A DNA stretch of 64,000 nucleotides, from the NCBI RefSeq assembly GCF_009914755.1, contig NC_060928.1; one strand, given 5' to 3'. Shown here piece after piece: positions 56,548 through 64,000 of this stretch. The notes beneath the pieces are model-generated. The model was not told the DNA's origin and made no database searches. It saw nothing but the letters and a program-made list of their open reading frames with translations. The number at the start of each line of letters is the position of its first letter. Position 1 is the first letter of the stretch. The translations under genes and the position numbers were made by a program. Origin of the DNA: the human T2T-CHM13v2.0 reference genome, Homo sapiens.

Positions 56548-56836
56548 TGATATGGTTTGGCTCTGTGTCCCCACCCATATCTCATCTTCTAGCTCCCATA
56601 ATTTCCACATGCTGTGGGAGGGACCCAGTGGAAGATAATTGAATCATGGGGTGGGTCTTTCCCATGTTATTCTTGTGGTACTGAAAAAGTTTCACGAGAT
56701 CTGATGGTTTTAAAAATGGGAATTTCCCTGCACAAGCTCTCTCTCTTTACGTGGAACTGTAAGTCCATTAAACCTCTCTTTTGTAAGTTGCCAAGTAGGT
56801 ATGTCTTTATCAGCAGTATGAAAACGGACTAGTACA
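56548..56836 (+). mobile_element. THE1B-type solo LTR with internal deletion
   Basis: tgatatggtttggctctgtgtcccc...ggactagtaca; 289 bp; perfect TSD tcatc. Confidence 0.92.
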
Positions 56837-56913
56837 TCATCAGAAAAAAAAATTCAAATTGTTTAATAAAATTCAAAAGTCATCAAGAGCAAATATAACA
56901 GAGATTGGATTCC

Positions 56914-57110
56914 TATATGAGTCAGAGTTCTTCAGAGAACATAACTAATATGGAGAGAGAGATCTATATTTATTTTTAAAAAATGTTAGGGAATTGCTCA
57001 TTCCATTCTGGAGGCTGGCAAATCCAAACTCTGCAGGGAAGGCTGGCAAGCTAGAGATCTGGGGAAGAGTTGCCGTTAAAAAGAAACTTTTAAGGGAAGA
57101 TACTTCTGCT
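56914..57110 (-). mobile_element. MLT2D-type LTR fragment
   Basis: gagtcagagttcttcagagaac...ggctggcaaatccaaactctgcaggg. Confidence 0.7.
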
Positions 57111-57599
57111 TCCCTCTGACAAATTACATAGGGAAGAAATAAATGCAGATATAGGATCTGAAAAAAAATTTAATAAAAGTGCACGTGTGTGTCCCTGTGT
57201 GTGTCGGGGTGGAGATAGTGGGTTTGTGGGTGTGTAGCCCTGAAACTCTCCATCTTCCAGATAAGATAAATTCTTCCCTTACCTCTATGTTTCCTTTGCA
57301 GAACTTCACATGCCCTAAGAGTCAAGAGGTTATCTCTGATTTCCCATGCTTCATGTAAGATCAATCCTCCACCATCCTCCAGGCCCCCGATGCAGAAGCC
57401 AAGAGGTGGGGAATGGCAAAGTTGTGTGCTGTGAATTAGAAGCATTATTAATAAGAGGGAACCAGGATCTCAAGGGCTCTTCATATTTCTGCTAAGACTT
57501 AGAAACCTTCTCCCTCAGACTGTAGCCTCTGGACTAATCTAATCACATCATTTATCTCCATGTATTATAATCACTCTAGGTGCCCAAGACTCTATGGTT

Positions 57600-58886
57600 A
57601 TCTCTCATGACCTGGACATTTATGCCTCAGTAATTTTCTTAATCCAATCCTATTTTACAACATTCCCTGATTCAAAAAGCTTTCTGTGTGCCCTCTGGGT
57701 CTTATGATCTGGCATCTGCAGAATCTCCTGTATCTTCAAACTCTTCTCTGAACATTTATTTTATTTGTTCTAATCCTAGCTGAACACTCCTTTTTGGTCA
57801 CTATGTTTTCCCTACAGTCCTCTTAAGTAACTTAAGCAACATGCTCACACCTTAGCACTAGCTCTGAAGGAAGGGCTGTTATATCTTCTACATCCCAAAC
57901 ATTGGCTTCTTCTGTTCTCATCGCCAGATTCAGACTAGTTTTTTCCCTCTGGCCTAAACTTCTCAAACTTTGAATAATATGACCTCTGTTTAATTGTACT
58001 TACTAGCGTTCCTTTTTGCATTGATCAGCAATTTCTCAGGCTGTTCTACCTTATTTCTTCATTGAAAGATTATAGCTTTTGACTCAATATCATTCTCTAC
58101 AGCATTGCTTTAGTCACAAGCATTAAGAGTTGAACTTCCATAGACAATTCTTCTAAATGTTTTTTGACCTCCTTTCCTTCAAAGATTTATTTTTCATGCT
58201 TTCACAAACACTCAATTCTGTATTATACTTTGACACTGTCATTTTGAATACCTGTGAACTCTCAATAATCTAAATTTGACATTTAGTACACAACCTTTGG
58301 TTCTAAACTTTGTGGTAATTCTTTGACCTGAGTAGAACATAACAATTTATTGATCCATTTTCACTTGCCCTTATCAACCTCAATTTAGACTCTATGCTAA
58401 TAGAATTTCTTTTTTGCATATATGTTGCCAGTGACATCTATTAATATATTGTTCTCCAATAGTTAGTTGTCAGTATTCATCTTATTTGACCTTTATAAAA
58501 CTTGTGTTGATTTATTATTCCATCATTCTTAATATTGATCACTCAACTGCCTCATTGGATTAACAATCTCTCTTGGTTTTCCTCTTACCTTGCTGAATGC
58601 TCCTTCTTGTATTACTTGCAGGCACATCTTCATCAACTAAACCTATAGGCTTTGAAGTGGACCAAGGCTCAATCATAACCCCTTTCTCTTTTTACTCTGT
58701 ATCCTCAGTCCATGATGAACTTATCTTGTCTCATGGCTTTAATATTAATATATATTTTGTTCAGTCTCACTTGTGTAGCTCTATACTAAAGCTCTGTCTT
58801 GAACACTCATTTCTTAAGCCTACAGAACATTTCCATTGGGAAGATTAATAGGCATTTTCACTGTCACTAGTTCAAACCTGAATTCC
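57600..58886 (+). mobile_element. L2 ORF2 remnant (endonuclease to RT regions, with deletions)
   Basis: cagaatctcctgtatcttcaaactcttctctgaac; tctcatggctttaa...ttcaaacctgaattcc. Confidence 0.7.
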
Positions 58887-58926
58887 ATATGTATATATAT
58901 ATGGAATATCTAAATATCTAAATATT

Positions 58927-59317
58927 TAAAACACCAAAAGCAATAGCAAGAAAAGTCAAAATTGACAAATGGGATCTAATTAAACTAAAGAGCTTCTGTA
59001 CAGCAAAAGAAACTATGATCAGAGTGAACAGGCAACCAACAGAATGGGAGGAAATTTTTGCAATCTCTCCATCTGACAAAGGGCTAATATCCAGAATCTA
59101 CAAAGAACTTTAACAAATTTACAAGAAAAAAGCAAACAACCTCATCAAAAAGTTGGCAAAGGATATGAACAGACACTTCTCAAAAGAAGACATTTATGCA
59201 GCCAACAAACATATGAAAGAAAGCTCATCATCACTGGTCATTAGAGAAATGCAAATCAAAACCACAATGAGATACCATCTCACGCCAGTTAGAATGGCAA
59301 TCATTAAAAAGTCAGGA
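58927..59317 (+). mobile_element. Primate L1PA ORF2 internal fragment, truncated at both ends
   Basis: Encodes [21 protein letters not shown]...[25 protein letters not shown]; no poly(A), no TSD. Confidence 0.95.
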
Positions 59318-59334
59318 GGGCATTCTTTAATGAT

Positions 59335-59790
59335 TTAGTGGTAAGTTGATGATTGCTTGAATTAGGGATACTAGGATAATGTGGGGATAAAGAGAAGTGA
59401 ATGTATTTAAGAGAAGTTGCGAATGTCAGAATGGCAGGACCTAGGCATTAGTTATGCATCAGAAAGGAGTGGAAAGGAAGAATTAACACATAATCTGAAA
59501 CTTTGACTTGAATTTTTGGGTGATGAGCAACCAATTGCTGAAATAAAAAACATACAAAAATAAATAAGCTTTGAGATGTTGAAAAGGAAACAGGAATGAT
59601 GATGGGTACAGTTTTATATATGAGATATCTTTAATTTATATAAGTAAAAATTTCTCCTAGACATATAGTTATATAGCTGTAGAAAAGTGAAAATTGAATA
59701 GTATATTTACAGTTGTAGAAGTGGATGAGTTCACCACAAAAAAAGAATCTATAAAGATAAAATAATACAGTTCAGAAATGGCCAAGGAAA
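59335..59790 (-). mobile_element. L2 fragment
   Basis: Purine-rich reverse L2 body. Confidence 0.55.
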
Positions 59791-60391
59791 TTTTTAAGCT
59801 ATGAATAAGTAAGAAGATACTGTAATAAATAAATGAGTAGACAAAATAAAGAATCAGAAACATAGAAATTGAGACAATTTGTTGGGCACTTTTTTTCCTT
59901 TATTATTTGTTCCATAAATTCATTGTTTAAATGAAATCGTATGGTGTTGTACTACATATATATGCAAAAGCTTGAAATATTTGGTTGAAACAATGCGGAT
60001 AATCTTAAATGAACATTTTGGGTACATTTAACCTATTTTGAAAACCAACAGTTTAAACAAATTGGACTCATAAAAAAAAGCTAAATGAAGCTTCTAAATA
60101 ACAAATATTAACCTTTAGGGAATCACTTAGTAAACATATTTAATTCCTTGAAGTTGCATCTGTTTTGAGAGTGCTAAATTATATTTTCTTGTTTTCACTA
60201 TGGAGATGACAAAAAGGACCAGATATAAATTGGAGAACAGTAAATTTAGGCCCATTACTAGGAAATCCAAAAACTACCAGATAGAAAAATAGACACTGCT
60301 GAATCTTACAAACACAACTAAATCAATCAGAATAAATAAAACCAATACCAAATAAACTATAAAGCACAAACCTTCCACATGATTTACAAAA

Positions 60392-60412
60392 TTTATTTAT
60401 TTATTTGTTTGT

Positions 60413-60443
<31 letters not shown>

Positions 60444-60734
60444 TTATTTAGAGAATAGGTGTTGCTCTGTTGCCAGGTTGGAGTGCAGTGGTGCTATCAT
60501 AGCTCACTGTCCCATCAATTTCCTGGGCTCAAGCAACCTTCCCACCCACCTCAGCATCCCAGCTAGCTAGCACTACAGGCACATGCCACCACACCCAGCT
60601 AATTGTTTATTTAAACATTTTTTTTGTAGAGAAAAGGTCTCACTATGTTGCCTAGGCTGGTCTCAATCTCCTGGCTTCAAGTGATCCTCTTGCCTTGGCC
60701 TCCCAAAGTGCTGTATTTACACTCATGAGCCCCC
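60392..60734 (-). mobile_element. AluJ with (TTTA)n tail
   Basis: J diagnostics; TSD-like tgatttacaaaattt/tgattggtaaaattt. Confidence 0.9.
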
Positions 60735-61728
60735 TGATTGGTAAAATTTAAACTGTTTAATTCTACCACTTGAGTATTTGGATCCAGAGTGTTTGGAACA
60801 TTAATTTGTAAGCATGGTAAGACATTTGTAAAACTATCATTTTTTTTTTTTTTGAGCAGGAGTAAAACACAACTTACCAAAGCATTCTCTAAGCCAACAA
60901 TAATTTAGAAATCTGAAATAATATCTACCTGACAGCAGAAAGTCAATATGTGTAATTGGGCCATCCAGTGGAATCAAGAGAATGGTTAACAAAGCATCCC
61001 CTGAAGCAATGTGGATTGCACAGTTCACAATATGATGGACTGAACACAGCAAGAGTCCACTTTTGTTCAGCAAAACAGGCTGCCAAGGTGCTCAACACAA
61101 GCAAGAGGGCTATTTTATTGGTGACATTATCTTACAAAAATCATCAGTGTGCTCTTACGTGAGCTGAAAGCCCTTGTAAGCCTTCCTAGGGAATGTAAAG
61201 TTTAGCCAATTGAGAGATTGACATTCATCCAGCAGCATGAAGTAGATGGTGGATAGATGAGTCAGACCAGTGCCTTCAGCAAATCCCAGCTAACTATTCA
61301 GTTATAATTAGTTATAATTATAATTTGGAACCGCTGTCCATGTTTGACTCTGACAAGGAGAGGTTTCAATATTTTATTTCTTCTTGAAAAAAAAAAAAGA
61401 AGATTGTCTTTTTGTCATAGTACTAAAATGTGTGTGCAAGAATCCTGTCACTCACAAAATTTCTGGATCTGACTGTCAGAGGAACTTTGGGTATTTTCAG
61501 GATGTTAATGAACAGGCATCCACATCTGTATCTTGCACTTGAAGTCAGGTCTCACAGTTAATGTGAACTGAGTATCATAATACACTTCCACAGAATATAC
61601 AAGATACTCCAATGGCATAACCACGGTTCCTTCAGAGCCAATGAGTATCATGAACCTGTGATTTCTTATGTGATTCCAACTCAACTGACTGAGAAGTGAA
61701 TAATTCAGTCGACCTAGTTTTGCATGAC

Positions 61729-61954
61729 TTTTTATTATTATTATTATTATGCTTTAAGTTTTAGGGTACATGTGCACAAAATGCAGGTTTGTTGCATATG
61801 TATACATGCGCCATGTTGGTGTGCTGCACCCATTAACTCATCATTTAGCATTAGGTATATCTCCTAATGCTATCCCTCCCCCCTCCCCCCACCCCACAAC
61901 TGTCCCCGGTGTGTGATGTTCCCCTTCCTGTGTCCATGTGTTCTCATTGTTCAA
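61729..61954 (-). mobile_element. L1PA3/4-type 3'UTR, heavily 5'-truncated
   Basis: ctttaagttttagggtacatgtgcac...ccctcccccaccccacaac. Confidence 0.92.
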
Positions 61955-62217
61955 AGACATTTGTTTTAGCATTGTATAGACATGATCTTAAAATAAAAAT
62001 TGAGGTAGATAGTAGAGAAATGTCACCCAATTATTTTAATTTCTTAATTTTCTATTATTTATGCTTCTATAAAATATGTGCATATATAGATACACACATA
62101 TACATATATAATTTTGAGTTGATTTTATTATTCTAATGCCAGAATTCAAAATAAATACGAAAAAAGAATTCTATTTATTTCATTGAGCTAAGAATCTATT
62201 GTATATGAAAATAATTT

Positions 62218-63006
62218 GAGGGAGGATTTTGGCAATATGGCAGAAGAGGAAGAACCAGGAATCTGTCTCCCGAATGAGAAAACGATTGCATTGGCAGAGT
62301 GGGTCTGATGATACTATTTTGGGACTCTGGAATCTATTAAAGGCATGGAACTTAAAATGAAAGGCTTAGATAGTAAATTGTGGCTAGTTTTAGTCAATTT
62401 CAGTTCCTAGTACAGTAGCAACTACCTATTTTCAACTCAGTCACATGGCAGCTGTGCATATGTTTCTAGAGCAAACTCCATACAGTTGGCACACTGCAGG
62501 GTGGGCAAAAGGTATCTTCTCATCCAAATATCTGGAATTTTTTTCTGTGATTACTAATTGCTACTTCTGACTCCACAAGTACAGAGAAAAGGATGGGTGG
62601 ATATTGTTGCTTTACCTCCCCATGTTGTTGCAAGCCCTTTTCCTTTTGGCTGAAGTTACTTCCGGAAAATGTTAAAGCTGGAACCCTTTTCTCTGTCCCT
62701 TTATTTTTTTCTCTTTCTCTTCGTGTTGCCAGACATTAAAGACTAGGACATTAAAAGGCAACTGCATATACGTGGAAGATTAGAAAGTAACTACGCTTGC
62801 CCAGGAAAAGATACAGGCTCAGAAAAGACTTGAGAGGAACTTAAGTTTACATTCCAGACTGATTCTTGACACCGAGACAGAAAAACAAAACAAAACAAAA
62901 CAAAAAAACAAAACAACCACCCAATAACAAACAACAGCAAATCCTGGGGAACAGAGAGTTTGATTTCCAGAGTCACCACATTATTAGATTCAAATGTTCA
63001 ATTTTC
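62218..63006 (+). mobile_element. L1M (L1MB/M4-type) 5'UTR
   Basis: aatatggcagaagaggaag start; tgatttccagagtcaccacatt is homologous to 20879-20900. Confidence 0.75.
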
Positions 63007-63701
63007 TTTTTTAAAAAATAATTTTACTTTACTTTAAGTTCCGGATACATGTGCAGAATGTCCAGGTTTGTTACACAGGTATACATGTGCCGTGGTGGTT
63101 TGCTGCACCTATCAACCCATCATCCGGGTTTTAAGCCCCGCATGCATTAGATATTTGTCCTAATGCTCTCCCTCCCCTTTCCCCCTACCCCGCTAACAGG
63201 CCCCGATGTGTGTTGTTCCCCTCCCTGTGTCCATATGTTCTCATTGTTCAACTCCCACTTATGAGTAAGAACATGCAGTGTTTGGTTTTCTGCTCCTGTG
63301 TTAGCTTACTGAGAATGATGGCTTCCAGTTTCATCCATGTCCCTGCAAAAGACATGATCTCATTCTTTTTTAGGCTGCATAGTATTCCATGGTGTATATG
63401 TGCCACATTTTCTTTATCCAGTCTATCATTGATGGACATTTGGGTTGGTTCCAAGTCTTTGCTATGGTAAATAGTTCTGCAATAAACATACGTGTGCATG
63501 TGTCTTTATAGTAGAATGATTTGTAATCCTTTGGGTATATACCCAGTAATGGGATTCCTGGGTCAAATGGTATTTCTGGTTCTAGATCCTTGAGGAATCA
63601 CCACACTATCTTCCACAATTGTTGAATTAATTTACAATTAATTCCCACCAACAGTGTAAAAGCATTTCTAATTCTCCACAGCCTTGCCAGCATCTATTGT
63701 T
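63007..63701 (-). mobile_element. L1PA8-type 3' end, 5'-truncated
   Basis: 3'UTR ggttttaagccccgcatgcattag plus ORF2 C-terminus remnant (MSFAGTWMKLEAIILSKL). Confidence 0.92.
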
Positions 63702-64000
63702 GGACCCTACCTAACACTATAAATATAATAATTAACACAAAATGAATAAAATTTCTTAAACTATAAAACTCTTAGAAGAAAACATAAGGTTAAACTTAAA
63801 ACTATTAAATTTGGCAATTTTTTTTTGGATATTAGACCAAAGGCACAAACAACAAAAGAAAAAAATAAATAAGACTTCATAAAAAATTTTTAAACATTGT
63901 GAATCAAAACCCAGTGTCAATGGATATAAAGGGCAACCCACAGAATGGGAGAAGATATTTGCAAATTACAAATCTGATAAGAGAATAATATTTAGAATAT
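63702..64000 (+). mobile_element. L1M ORF2 3' remnant
   Basis: aaactcttagaagaaaacata...gcaacccacagaatgggagaagatatttgcaaat. Confidence 0.88.

Noticed and set aside
57283-57314. Further minus-strand small exon candidates (32 nt here; 35 or 51 nt from 60878)
   Set aside because: Good donors but no independent support; indistinguishable from pseudo-exons
59153-59338. ORF with real protein similarity
   Set aside because: LINE-1 ORF2p C-terminal fragment, not an independent gene

Overview
AT-rich primate genomic DNA, very probably human because it carries a nearly unmutated AluYg6. It looks intergenic or deep intronic. I recognise no protein-coding gene, tRNA, rRNA, CpG island or CRISPR array, and the ORF-track entries are repeat-derived or chance frames. 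Roughly half the window is interspersed repeat: Alus (J, S, Y, Yg6, FLAM), old L1M and primate L1PA pieces, L2 and MIR, MaLR LTRs (THE1, MST, MLT1), ERVL/ERV1 LTRs (MLT2, MER4, MER21, MER41B, PABL, MER67-like) and DNA transposons (Tigger2b, MER47-type, MADE1, Charlie1a, MER53, MER58). Family names come from my recall of consensus sequences, not from a search. I found no convincing new biological system. The best leads are: a young, possibly polymorphic AluYg6; two L1 junctions that look like deletion or double-strand-break-repair scars; a 22-bp locally templated insertion; a MER41B LTR with one intact STAT GAS site; and several minus-strand exon candidates, including a 23-nt microexon, that could belong to a non-coding transcript.
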